Shown: positions 1 through 9,210 of the stretch, one piece after another
Layout: each line of letters begins with the position of its first letter
Position numbering within the stretch: the first letter of the stretch is position 1
Assembly: GCA_963666055.2 (NCBI GenBank)
Contig: CAXWPH010000015.1
Location: forward strand, 800,001 to 864,000
Direction: 5' to 3'
DNA length: 64,000 bases
From: Acidobacteriota bacterium
Lineage (GTDB): Bacteria; Acidobacteriota; UBA890; WLXD01
Made by a program: the position numbers and the translations under genes
Notes under the pieces: model-generated
Told to the model about the DNA's origin: nothing
Databases searched by the model: none
Seen by the model: the letters and a program-made list of their open reading frames with translations, nothing else

Positions 1-609
1 ATCGCCACGGCGGTGATGTCGGTGGTGTTCATGGCGGTGTCGCGAGTGCTTGTGCGCACGCAGTCGAGCTTCGAGCACGTGGCTGCCACCACTGGCCTGC
101 GGCAGTATGCGCGGACGGCGTTCAACCGTATGACCTTCGAGATGCGCCTCGCCGGCTACAACCTGAAGACGGTGCCCGAGGCGTTCGATGCGGCTGCCAC
201 CACCAGCGTTCGGTTTGCTGCCGATCTCGATCTCGGCGATGCGGCCGGTCCGTGCACCGTGGAGTCCGGCAACGACGGCGTCGAGCGTGTCACCTACAGG
301 CTTGGGAGTGGATCCCTCTATCGTGCGGTCGATTGCTGGCAGGGAGGCGCCTGGGTTGTCGGCCAGGCTGACCAGCCCTTGGCCTCCGATGTCGATGTCT
401 CGGCGTCGCGCTTTGCCTACTTCGACATCAACGGCAACGAGCTCGTCACCGGCGGCGGATCGCTGACCAGTGCCCAGCGGGCGTTGATCGCGCGCGTGCA
501 GATCATCCTGACCCTGTCAGGTAGCGAGCCTGCGGCTCCCGGCATGCCGCCGGCTCGATACCGCGCCGTTACCGACGTGCTGGTGCGCAATGCTGGCGGT
601 GCCTACTGA
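1..609 (+). CDS. PilW/PulJ-like minor pilin or pseudopilin, 5'-partial
   Basis: Frame is open from base 1; hydrophobic helix then 'LRQYARTAFNRMTFEMRLAGY', typical of PilW-like proteins; a prepilin gene lies nearby. Confidence 0.7.
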   Translation: MATAVMSVVFMAVSRVLVRTQSSFEHVAATTGLRQYARTAFNRMTFEMRLAGYNLKTVPEAFDAAATTSVRFAADLDLGDAAGPCTVESGNDGVERVTYRLGSGSLYRAVDCWQGGAWVVGQADQPLASDVDVSASRFAYFDINGNELVTGGGSLTSAQRALIARVQIILTLSGSEPAAPGMPPARYRAVTDVLVRNAGGAY

Positions 610-742
610 GGATATGTAAGAGATGTCTCAATCGGAGTCATCCGGTCGCATCCTGGTGCCGCTGCCGAGCGCGGCAGCATCATCGTGTACACGGCCAAGA
701 TGCAGACGGGCGGGGACAAGAAATAGAGTAATGAGTCGAGCA

Positions 743-1111
743 ATGCGTCACGCAATCCTGCCCACGCTGATCGTCGCACTTCTGTGCGCAGTGGGCTGTG
801 GCGACACGGCCGTCGTGGTGCCCTCTGAGCTGCACGGTACCTGGCATACCGACGAGCCGCGCTACGCGCATGCCTTCCTCAGTATCGATGCCACCACGGT
901 CGTCTTCGGAACCGGCGAGCCGCAACCGCCGCGCTACCCGATCGTCGGAATCGAAAGCGAGTTCGGACCTTCCGGGACCCTGTACACGATCGGGTACAAG
1001 ACGGGCGAGGCGGTCTCGCGCCTTGGGGTCATCTACGAGCAGCGTGACGGGGCGGCGCTGCGGCTGCGCAACCAGCCGTCGTTCTCCTGGCGGCGGCAAC
1101 GCTCCAGTTGA
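743..1111 (+). CDS. Hypothetical lipoprotein
   Basis: Signal peptide with lipobox-like 'LLCAVGC'; ORF 623..1111 trimmed to the likely ATG. Confidence 0.6.
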   Translation: MRHAILPTLIVALLCAVGCGDTAVVVPSELHGTWHTDEPRYAHAFLSIDATTVVFGTGEPQPPRYPIVGIESEFGPSGTLYTIGYKTGEAVSRLGVIYEQRDGAALRLRNQPSFSWRRQRSS

Positions 1112-1134
1112 GTGCCCGTCACGGAGCTGAGCCA

Positions 1135-1653
1135 ATGAGCACAGGCAACCAGATTCGGCCGGCCGTCGCCGGTTGTCGCCCGGTGCAGTGGAGTTGGTAT
1201 TGTCACGACCGGCGAGCCGGGTTCTCTCTGATCGAGGCGATGATCGTGCTCGCGCTCCTGGGCTCGCTGTCGGCGCTCGGCATTCCCGCCTACATGGATC
1301 AGCGCGAGAACTCTCGGGTGGCTACCGCGGTGACCGACATCGTCGCCATGAGCCTGGACCTCCAGGCCTTCAAGGAGCTCAATGGGCGATTCCCCGACGA
1401 CCTGAATGCGGCCGGGCTGGGCGGCGCCACCGACCCCTGGGGTCAGTCCTACCAGTATCTGAAGATCGAGGGCCTGGGCAATAACGGTCCGGTAAAGAAG
1501 GACAAGTTCCTGGTGCCGCTCAACACCGACTACGACCTCTACAGCGTCGGTTACGACGGCAGCACCCATACCCGGCTGAGCAATGCAAGCTCTGCCGACG
1601 ACGTCGTACGCGCCACGAACGGCACGTACGTCGGCCTCGGCGCCGATTACTAG
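1135..1653 (+). CDS. Prepilin-type N-terminal cleavage/methylation protein (GspG-like)
   Basis: G|FSLIE methylation site; 'DPWGQSYQY' and 'YDLYSVGYDG' GspG-like motifs; GGAG RBS before ATG 1135. Confidence 0.85.
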   Translation: MSTGNQIRPAVAGCRPVQWSWYCHDRRAGFSLIEAMIVLALLGSLSALGIPAYMDQRENSRVATAVTDIVAMSLDLQAFKELNGRFPDDLNAAGLGGATDPWGQSYQYLKIEGLGNNGPVKKDKFLVPLNTDYDLYSVGYDGSTHTRLSNASSADDVVRATNGTYVGLGADY

Positions 1654-1682
1654 ACACCGTACTCCTCGCGGGACACGAGGCC

Positions 1683-3791
1683 ATGCGCTATTCGAGCGGT
1701 CGCTTTCTCTCCAGTCGTCTGGGCCGCCGTATGTTCGCCATGTTCTGCGCGTGCGCCATAGTGCCGGTTGCCGCGCTTGCCCTGGTTTCGTACTGGAACA
1801 CGAGCTCGAGCCTACGCGACAACAGTCGCGCCCGCCTGCAGCAGGCTACAAAGAGTTTCGGCATGTCGTTGCTGGAGCGCCTGATGTTCGCCAGGAGCGA
1901 GCTGCGGATGCTGGATCGTCAGCTCGCCGCTGGCACCATGCTGGCGGAGCTTGAGCAAGATGTCCACGACGGATTCGAGGGTTCGCAGCGGCGGTTTCTG
2001 GGCATCGCCCAGTGGCGCGATGGTGAGGTGGTGGCTCGGGCCGGGACGGCCTTCGAGCACAGGGCGCTGCTCGATGGCGAGCTGCAGCGTCTCGCCGCCG
2101 GCGACGCCTTGGTCACCTTCCCAGCAAGCGGCGACGCCGGGCAGCTGACCGCGGTGGTGTGGGAGGCGACTGCCGACGACACCCTGCTGTCGGGGTGGGT
2201 GAACCCGGAGTACGGCTGGGGGGATGCACTGCAAGTAGGCCTCTCGGAAGGCACTCATCTGATCATCCTGACTCCCGAAGAGCGGGTTCTGGGATCCAGC
2301 CTGGAGGCCTCGACGACACGTGAGGTTCTCCAGAGGATTGGCGCGCAGGTTGGTGCCCTGCGCAGGTTCGAGGTCGAGACCGCGGCCGGGTCGTTCTTCG
2401 GCGGACGCTGGGAACTTCCGTTGAGCTACGAGTTCGGCCACCACGGGCTGACTTTACTGGCGCTGGAGGATGATGCGCTCGTCATGGCGACGGCGAATGG
2501 CTTCGGTCGCAGCTACGCCTTGCTCGGCCTGACCGCTATCTGGGTCGTCATGCTGCTGAGCATCTCGCAGATTCGCCGCAATCTGGTACCGCTGGAAAAG
2601 CTCAAGGCGGCGACCGAGCGGGTGGCGGTGCGCGACTTCAAGCACAAGGTGGAGGTGGTCAGCGGCGACGAGTTCCAGGATCTGGCTGAGTCGTTCAACG
2701 CCATGACCGGCCGCATCGACAGCCAGTTCGCTCACCTGGCCACGCTGGCTTCGATCGAGCGCGGAATATTGTCGTCGCTCGAGCTCGAGCAGATCGTCGG
2801 CAAGACGATCAGAATTCTCGAGCGCACCTACCCAGGCTCCCACACCAGTATCCGGCTGGTTTCGCAGCAGGACGCCACGGCGCGGATCTACTTCCCCGGC
2901 AAGGGGGACGAGCTCGAGATCAGGGCCGGCTGCCACGACCCGGCGGCCGCGCAGCCGAATGAATCCGGGTATACCGTGTATGAGTCGAGCCAACGCTGGC
3001 CGTCGGATGCCGAGGTGCTGCGCAAGCGTGGCGCCCGAGGCTGCCTGGAGTTTCCGTTCGCTATCGACGATCGGCCGGCCGGCGCGCTGTTGGTAGCTTG
3101 CGAGGGCGAGCTGCCGGACACCGACGACCGGGCGCAGCTGCGCCAGATCGCATCACAGCTCGCGGTTGCGCTGGCCAACGCGCGCCTGGTCAACGAGCTC
3201 GACGGCATGATGCAGGGTGCGCTGACCGCTCTGGCCCGTGCGGTGGACGCCAAGTCGGCCTGGACGAAGGGCCATTCGGAGCGTGTGACACGGCTCGCGG
3301 TACGGCTCGGTGTGGAGCTCGGCCTTCCCGAGGCTGATACCGAGCGTCTGCATCGCGGCGGGTTGCTGCACGATATCGGCAAGATTGGCGTGCCTAATGC
3401 CATCCTCGACAAGCCCGGTCCGCTGAGCGACGAGGAGTACACGGTGATCAAGACGCACCCGACCATAGGCGCACGCATTCTCGAGCCGATCCGCGCCTTC
3501 GCCGACGTACTCCCCATTGTCGAGCAGCATCACGAGCGCGTCGACGGCAAGGGCTACCCCAGCGGGCTGACCGGCGAGGAGATGCATCCGCTGGCGCGGA
3601 TTACCGTCGTGGCCGACGTTTTCGACGCCTGCAGCTCCGCCCGCCCGTATCGGGCCGGCATGCCGCTGGCGAAGGTCGTCGGTATTATCTGCGAGGGTCG
3701 GGGATCACACTTCGATCCGCTGGCTGTGGATGCATTCGAGAGCGTTGTTGCCGCCGAGGCGGAGTTCTTCAAGGCGCTCAAGGCAGCCTGA
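1683..3791 (+). CDS. Membrane HAMP-GAF-HD-GYP c-di-GMP phosphodiesterase
   Basis: Two TM segments, HAMP ('DEFQDLAESFNAM'), GAF-like region, 'LHDIGK', 'HHERVDGKGYP', 'RPYR'. Confidence 0.92.
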   Translation: MRYSSGRFLSSRLGRRMFAMFCACAIVPVAALALVSYWNTSSSLRDNSRARLQQATKSFGMSLLERLMFARSELRMLDRQLAAGTMLAELEQDVHDGFEGSQRRFLGIAQWRDGEVVARAGTAFEHRALLDGELQRLAAGDALVTFPASGDAGQLTAVVWEATADDTLLSGWVNPEYGWGDALQVGLSEGTHLIILTPEERVLGSSLEASTTREVLQRIGAQVGALRRFEVETAAGSFFGGRWELPLSYEFGHHGLTLLALEDDALVMATANGFGRSYALLGLTAIWVVMLLSISQIRRNLVPLEKLKAATERVAVRDFKHKVEVVSGDEFQDLAESFNAMTGRIDSQFAHLATLASIERGILSSLELEQIVGKTIRILERTYPGSHTSIRLVSQQDATARIYFPGKGDELEIRAGCHDPAAAQPNESGYTVYESSQRWPSDAEVLRKRGARGCLEFPFAIDDRPAGALLVACEGELPDTDDRAQLRQIASQLAVALANARLVNELDGMMQGALTALARAVDAKSAWTKGHSERVTRLAVRLGVELGLPEADTERLHRGGLLHDIGKIGVPNAILDKPGPLSDEEYTVIKTHPTIGARILEPIRAFADVLPIVEQHHERVDGKGYPSGLTGEEMHPLARITVVADVFDACSSARPYRAGMPLAKVVGIICEGRGSHFDPLAVDAFESVVAAEAEFFKALKAA

Positions 3792-3911
3792 TCGAACGCT
3801 GCTCCGTACCCGCATGACGCGCCACAGCGCTGATGATCATGTTTGCGCTGGCGCTCACTTGCCCGCTTGTCGCTTTCACACATGCCGGCCTCCTGGCAAA
3901 GTGCGGTGCTG

Positions 3912-5312
3912 ATGACGGAAACCTCGCAAGGGACAGAGCTACATCGGGCCATTGGGCTACATCGCGCCATCGGGCTGCGACACGCCACGGCGATGGTTGC
4001 CGGCACGATCATCGGTGCCTCGATCTTCGTGCAGCCGTCCGAGGTCATCGGGCAGGTCCCGTCGATGGCCGGAGCCGCGCTCGTCTGGCTGACGGCCGGT
4101 GTGCTGACCATGCTCGGCGCCCTGGTCGTGGCCGAGCTCGCATCGTCGATGCCCGCCAGCGGCGGGGTCTACGTTTACCTGCGCGAGCAATTCGGTGCCT
4201 GGCTTGGCTTCCTCTGGGGCTGGGCGATGTTCTGGGTCATGCACTCGGGGATCATCGCTGCAGTGGCCATGGTGTTCGCTTCCTACGCGGGCTTCGTCGT
4301 GCCGCTCAACGACATATCGACGCGGATGGTGGCGGTAGCGACCATCCTGGTGTTGTCGGCTGTCAACTACCGCGGCGTGCGGCACGGGAGCAATCTCCAG
4401 GCTGCATTTACCTTGGTCAAGGTTGCTGCAATCGTCCTGATCGTGGTCGTCGGGCTGGCGTTGGGGCAACCACCATCGCGGGACGCGGTCGCGGCCAGCG
4501 CGGCCATCGATTCCAGCGTGAACGGAGTTGCCGGGGAGGGCTTCGCGATCCTGGGCGGTGGCAGTCTGTCCGATTTCGCGCTGGCCGTATCGGCGGCCCT
4601 GTTCGCCTTCGGCGGCTGGCACATGGTGAGCTACAACGCCGAAGAGACGATCGAGCCCCACACCACGATTCCTCGTGCTCTCATCGTGGGCGTGGCGATC
4701 GTTACCACCTGCTATATCGCTCTCAACGGCATGTATTTTTACCTGCTACCCCTCGACACAGTGATCCAATCGCAACGCATCGCCGCCGACGCTGCCGAGG
4801 CCGTGCTCGGCGGCCGGGGTGGCAAGGCAATGACCGTGCTGGTGCTGTTCTCGACCTTCGGAGCCCTCTCTGGAATCGTTCTTTCGGGTCCGCGGGTCTA
4901 CTACGCGATGGCGCGTGACGGTCTCTTGTTCCGTTGGGTCGGGGAAGTGCACTGGCGATTTCGCACACCTCACCGAGCCATCATCCTGCAGGCGTTGTGG
5001 TCGTCGGCGCTGGTGCTTACGGGAACGTATCGAGCGTTGTTCACGCGCGTTGTCTACACGGAGTGGATATTCTTCGGTGTCATGGCGCTGGGCTTGATCA
5101 AGCTGCGAGTATCGGCGACGCGGTTGCCCGCGTATCGCCTCGTCGGGTATCCGTTTACACCGATCGCCTTCGCGCTCGCCGCGTTTGCCATCGTCATCAA
5201 CCACATCGTCAGCGATGCTGCCGGGAGCCTGTCGGGGCTCGCCATCGTCGTGGCCGGTCTGCCGGTGTACATGGTCTGGACATATCTGTCTTCTTCAGCG
5301 AGATCCGCATGA
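3912..5312 (+). CDS. APC-family amino acid permease
   Basis: 'GTIIGASIF', 'AELASSMPASGGVYVYL', 'FAFGGW', about 12 TM segments. Confidence 0.92.
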   Translation: MTETSQGTELHRAIGLHRAIGLRHATAMVAGTIIGASIFVQPSEVIGQVPSMAGAALVWLTAGVLTMLGALVVAELASSMPASGGVYVYLREQFGAWLGFLWGWAMFWVMHSGIIAAVAMVFASYAGFVVPLNDISTRMVAVATILVLSAVNYRGVRHGSNLQAAFTLVKVAAIVLIVVVGLALGQPPSRDAVAASAAIDSSVNGVAGEGFAILGGGSLSDFALAVSAALFAFGGWHMVSYNAEETIEPHTTIPRALIVGVAIVTTCYIALNGMYFYLLPLDTVIQSQRIAADAAEAVLGGRGGKAMTVLVLFSTFGALSGIVLSGPRVYYAMARDGLLFRWVGEVHWRFRTPHRAIILQALWSSALVLTGTYRALFTRVVYTEWIFFGVMALGLIKLRVSATRLPAYRLVGYPFTPIAFALAAFAIVINHIVSDAAGSLSGLAIVVAGLPVYMVWTYLSSSARSA

Positions 5313-6286
5313 TCATCGACTTCCACAACCATTACTTCCCACCCGGCTATGTCGAGGCGATCAAGGCCGGGCCTAGCAATTTCCGCATCACCACGGACGA
5401 CGACGGCAACCCCGTGTTGCACTCGCCTGGCGACTACAACGTCCTCGTGCCCGGCCACCGCGATATCGACTATCGCCGTCACGTCCTCGACGATGCCAGC
5501 GTCGACATGCAGGTGCTCAGCTTCACTGCTCCCGGAACCAGCATCGAGTCGCCGCAGCGCGCCGCCGAGCTGGCGACGATGATCAACGACGGACTGGCCG
5601 AAGCCGTGGCAGCGCATCCAGATCGTTTTATCGCGCTAGGGCACCTGCCGCTCAACAACCCCGAGGCGGCCGCACGAGAGCTCGATCGCCTCCTCGAGCA
5701 ACTCGATCTCCCGGGCGTGATGCTCTACAGCAATGCCGGCGGAGTAGCGTTGGCGGATGAGCGCTTCTGGCCGTCGTACGAGCGCGCCAACGACAGCGGC
5801 GCGGTCGTATACATCCACCCCACATACCCGCTCGGCGTCGAGGCGATGGAAGAGTTCATGCTCATGCCATTGGTGGGATTCCTCTTCGACACCACGCTGG
5901 CGGCAGCGCATTTGGTCTTCGCCGGAATACCGGAGAGGTACCCGAAGATCCGCTGGGTGCTGTGCCACAACGGCGGGGCGATCCCGTTTCTTGCCGAACG
6001 ACTCGACCGCGGGTACGAAGCCTTTCGCCGCTGCCGGAAGAACCTGCGCAAGCTCCCAAGCGAGTATCTGAAGGATTTCTACTACGACACGGTCAACTTC
6101 GATCCGGCGTGCCTGCAGCTGACCATCGAATTTGCCGGGCCCGGCCAGGTCGTTGCCGGCAGCGACTATCCCCACATGATCGGCAGCCTCGAGAAGATGA
6201 AAACGTCGATTGCTGCGCTGAAGGTTTCGGAAACCGACCGTGCCGCGCTTCTCGGCGCCAACGCGCGGCGGCTGCTCGGCTTCTGA
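5309..6286 (+). CDS. Amidohydrolase_2 family protein (ACMSD-like decarboxylase/hydrolase)
   Basis: 'IIDFHNH', 'YIHP', 'HNGG', 'GSDYPH'; ATGA overlap with the permease stop. Confidence 0.9.
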   Translation: MIIDFHNHYFPPGYVEAIKAGPSNFRITTDDDGNPVLHSPGDYNVLVPGHRDIDYRRHVLDDASVDMQVLSFTAPGTSIESPQRAAELATMINDGLAEAVAAHPDRFIALGHLPLNNPEAAARELDRLLEQLDLPGVMLYSNAGGVALADERFWPSYERANDSGAVVYIHPTYPLGVEAMEEFMLMPLVGFLFDTTLAAAHLVFAGIPERYPKIRWVLCHNGGAIPFLAERLDRGYEAFRRCRKNLRKLPSEYLKDFYYDTVNFDPACLQLTIEFAGPGQVVAGSDYPHMIGSLEKMKTSIAALKVSETDRAALLGANARRLLGF

Positions 6287-6823
6287 TCAGGCCGAGCCGC
6301 CCTGGGTGGTAAGCCGAGCCACGATCTCGTCGACCACGGCTTCCGCGCGTGCCTGGATCTCTTCGGCCGTTTGATCCTGGATCGGATGGGGTACGAATAC
6401 CGCATCGAGATCAGGGCGCCCCAGCCGGCTCGCCTGGATGCGGGCGGCTACTCGGAACTCGTCTGTGGCGATGGGAACCGTGGGAATACCTCGGCTCTCG
6501 AGCGCGACGCTGTCGTGCAAACTGCACGTCGTGCACGACCCTCAGTCAGCCAGTGCCTCGATAACTCCGTCGGCAAGGCCGAGCCGCTCCAGGAGCTTCG
6601 CCGGGGCGGGCTTGGTGTAGGTTGGCTTGGTCTCTCGGACGAAGTCCGACACCCCGTGGCGTTCGCGCAGCAGGTGCTCCAACCGGTCCAGGAGGACGCT
6701 GCCGCCGCGCTTGCTGATGTCCAAGAGCGCGATCGTCTTACCCTTCAGCTGGTCGAGACGCGGCGCAGCGGCCTGGGAGCTTTGAGCAGCCTCGTCGAGC
6801 GGACTTACCAGGATCTCTGACAT
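6287..6823 (-). CDS. UGSC-motif selenoprotein (Sec at TGA 6542-6544), 178 aa
   Basis: ORFs 6542..6865 and 6287..6520 are in the same frame; reading through gives EALAD-U-GSCTTCSLHD; hairpin just downstream of the TGA. Confidence 0.88.
6514..6528 (-). promoter_or_regulatory. Putative bacterial SECIS hairpin
   Basis: CGTGCA-GTT-TGCACG at +14..+28 after the UGA; loop starts with G at +20. Confidence 0.7.
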
Positions 6824-6858
6824 GAGAGGGCTCCACTGGAATGGCCGGAGAGTAATTT

Positions 6859-8475
6859 TTACCACGCGACCGGGTAGGTAACGATCTGGGTGCCGCCGGG
6901 GCCTGACGGCCAGCCGCCGATCACCGCGGAGAACTTGCCGGCGGTGCCGCCGGCAACGACGATCCGAATCTGGCTCGGGTCGCTGAACTTACGGTAGTGT
7001 GGCTCGCCGTCGATGACGATTTCTTCGTACGTATGGCGAATCTGTGTTCCCTCGGTGCCTTCGTGATCGAATGCCCGCAGCGGCACACCCGTATGCTCGA
7101 ATAAGAACTCGCGCGCGTTCGCTTTCGAGAAGCCATCGGTCGCCAGTGTTGCGGCGTGTTCCGGAGAGACGATCAGCACCGCATCGACCCGTCCGCATAC
7201 GCGCCAGCTCCAGACCACCGCGAGCGTCGCAGCAATTGTCCGCAGTAGCGAAGCGCCCGCCCGAGCCGTGTGCTCGCTGACCTCTTGAATCCCGGCCGCT
7301 CCAAACAGCGTGATGGTGCTGTCGCCCGGTTCAAATCCGAGCTCGACGTGCAAGGGCTCCCAGGGGTTCGCGGCCTCATCTTCGGCGATGCAATAGGAGA
7401 ACTTTCCCGGATTCCCCAGCGTCGACATATCGATCTCGCCCGGCAGAGCGCCTCCGAGATTGGCAATCACGAGCTGAAACGCTCGGCCGATAGAACTGTT
7501 CGCTCGGGCCGTATTGCCGAACAGCCCCGCTCCGCTCGTAAGCCCCAGCCGCTTGGCGATCTTGCCACTCACGATCGTCAGCGGCGTGGCCGAATGCGTT
7601 GTCGCCTGCAAACCGTGAAGGTTGAAGCGCTCGTCACAGGCGGCGCGCACCAGCGGCACCAATACCTCCATGTACTCTGGCCGGCAACCGGCCATCACCG
7701 CGTTAGCGGCGATCTTTTCGACGGTCGCCGCTCCGTAGCACGGCGGAATCAAACCGACCACCAGGTCGGGGGACAGCGGTGCTGCCGCGAGGAAGCGATC
7801 GACCCGAGCGGCGGTGGGCGGAACAACCGGAAGGCACGGAGAGAACCCAGCTTCCATGCAATAGTCGTACAAATCGGTACCGTCGTCGACGGCCATGCGC
7901 GTCGCCCGGGCTCCCGTCTCTGGGCGCAGATCGATGGGAGCCGCACTGTCGAGTGTGACGTCAACCCCGAGCTCGAGATGCCGCGAAGCGCAGCCGGGCT
8001 TGCTCTCCGGCGCGCCGTCGTTCGGCTCGGCGATCGTCTGGGGCTCGAGATTCAGCGCCACGAGCATGCGGGTGGCGATCTCGTTCAGGTCGCCTTTGTG
8101 GAAGCCCGCGCCGGTGAATTGGATACGTCCGTCAGTGCCTATGAGGAACAGTGCGGGTACGCTCGATGGATCGAAGAGACGGGACACCTCGAGATTGCGA
8201 TCGAGCAATGTCGGCAGCTCGATGTGCAGGCTCTCGACCATCTGCCGGGTGTCGTCTTCCGGATCCTGGGAGATCGCGATGACGCGTCCGGGGTTCGAGC
8301 TGAGCGCTTCGTCGAGGCGCTTCAGGTACGGGACGAGCAGCCTGCAGGTCGGGCAGTCGGTCTCGAGAATCGCAAGCAGTACCGGGCCCCTGGCGGTCTC
8401 GCTGTCGGAGCTCCAGCGTTCTCCTCCAGCTCGCGACAACGTGAAGCTCGGAGCCAGCTCTCCCGCGGCGCGCAC
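6859..8475 (-). CDS. TlpA/redoxin domain (CPTC) fused to the domain typical of UGSC partner proteins
   Basis: N-terminal thioredoxin fold 'ETDCPTC'; C-terminal 'LPVVPPT..RV', 'ATVEKIAANAVMAGC', 'GNPGKFS'; co-oriented directly upstream of the UGSC gene. Confidence 0.8.
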   Translation of the reverse strand: MRAAGELAPSFTLSRAGGERWSSDSETARGPVLLAILETDCPTCRLLVPYLKRLDEALSSNPGRVIAISQDPEDDTRQMVESLHIELPTLLDRNLEVSRLFDPSSVPALFLIGTDGRIQFTGAGFHKGDLNEIATRMLVALNLEPQTIAEPNDGAPESKPGCASRHLELGVDVTLDSAAPIDLRPETGARATRMAVDDGTDLYDYCMEAGFSPCLPVVPPTAARVDRFLAAAPLSPDLVVGLIPPCYGAATVEKIAANAVMAGCRPEYMEVLVPLVRAACDERFNLHGLQATTHSATPLTIVSGKIAKRLGLTSGAGLFGNTARANSSIGRAFQLVIANLGGALPGEIDMSTLGNPGKFSYCIAEDEAANPWEPLHVELGFEPGDSTITLFGAAGIQEVSEHTARAGASLLRTIAATLAVVWSWRVCGRVDAVLIVSPEHAATLATDGFSKANAREFLFEHTGVPLRAFDHEGTEGTQIRHTYEEIVIDGEPHYRKFSDPSQIRIVVAGGTAGKFSAVIGGWPSGPGGTQIVTYPVAW

Positions 8476-8532
8476 CTCAGGTGCCCTCCGGGGCGGGTGG
8501 CAGCGCGTCGTTGACCGATGTGCCGTCGTCGC

Positions 8533-9138
8533 TCACCGGCCCGATTCCACCTTCTCGGCAAGTGGCGGCATGTCGGCGACGACATTGCGGAAACTCTGAC
8601 CTGACGGCTTCTTCGGACCGAGCCACGCCAGGCAGTGGGTGGCATCCGCGTACAAATCAGTGGGAAGAAACAGCGAACACTTGCGTCGCGTCCACAGGTG
8701 GATCCGCCCGTGACGATCGGCAAAGCTCAGCATGGCCTCGCGGATACCTGCCGCTAGTCGATCAGCCCCTTCGCCGGCGCGGAAGGTGCCCGCGAAGCGT
8801 TCGGTGCTGTCTTTGGTGTAGGCGCCCCGGTGGGTGATGCTGCCGATGAGCTGAGGAGTGTTGACCGGCATCACAACGGTCATTCGCAGCACGGCTCTTC
8901 GCTTGCCATCGATGTCCGGTGTGGGAGCGTTCACCAGCCCGGCCACGAAGGCCCGCGCGCCCTCCTGGCCCGAATGCCAGTCGGTTGTGCCCATGGAGGC
9001 TTTGGCGTGCAGCGGCTTGAGGCCGTGCCCGCCAGAGAGCACGACCCTGACTTGCCGGCGCGCCCGTTTGGCCAAAACGAAGGCGAGCCCCAAGGCCAGG
9101 ATGACGGTGGCCAGCGCGATCGCCATTGGTACGAGCAC
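8533..9138 (-). CDS. Hypothetical membrane-anchored protein
   Basis: 201-aa ORF with an N-terminal TM helix; no motif recognised. Confidence 0.5.
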   Translation of the reverse strand: MLVPMAIALATVILALGLAFVLAKRARRQVRVVLSGGHGLKPLHAKASMGTTDWHSGQEGARAFVAGLVNAPTPDIDGKRRAVLRMTVVMPVNTPQLIGSITHRGAYTKDSTERFAGTFRAGEGADRLAAGIREAMLSFADRHGRIHLWTRRKCSLFLPTDLYADATHCLAWLGPKKPSGQSFRNVVADMPPLAEKVESGR

Positions 9139-9210
9139 GATGTGTCCCCGGGTTGTTGTTGGCGTCGCGACGATAGTACAGCCTCTACGTCATCTGGTCG
9201 GCGCGGCCTG

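Noticed and set aside
3937-3980. LHRAIG-LHRAIG tandem duplication in the permease N-terminus
   Set aside because: Short in-frame imperfect duplication in a tail; probably trivial
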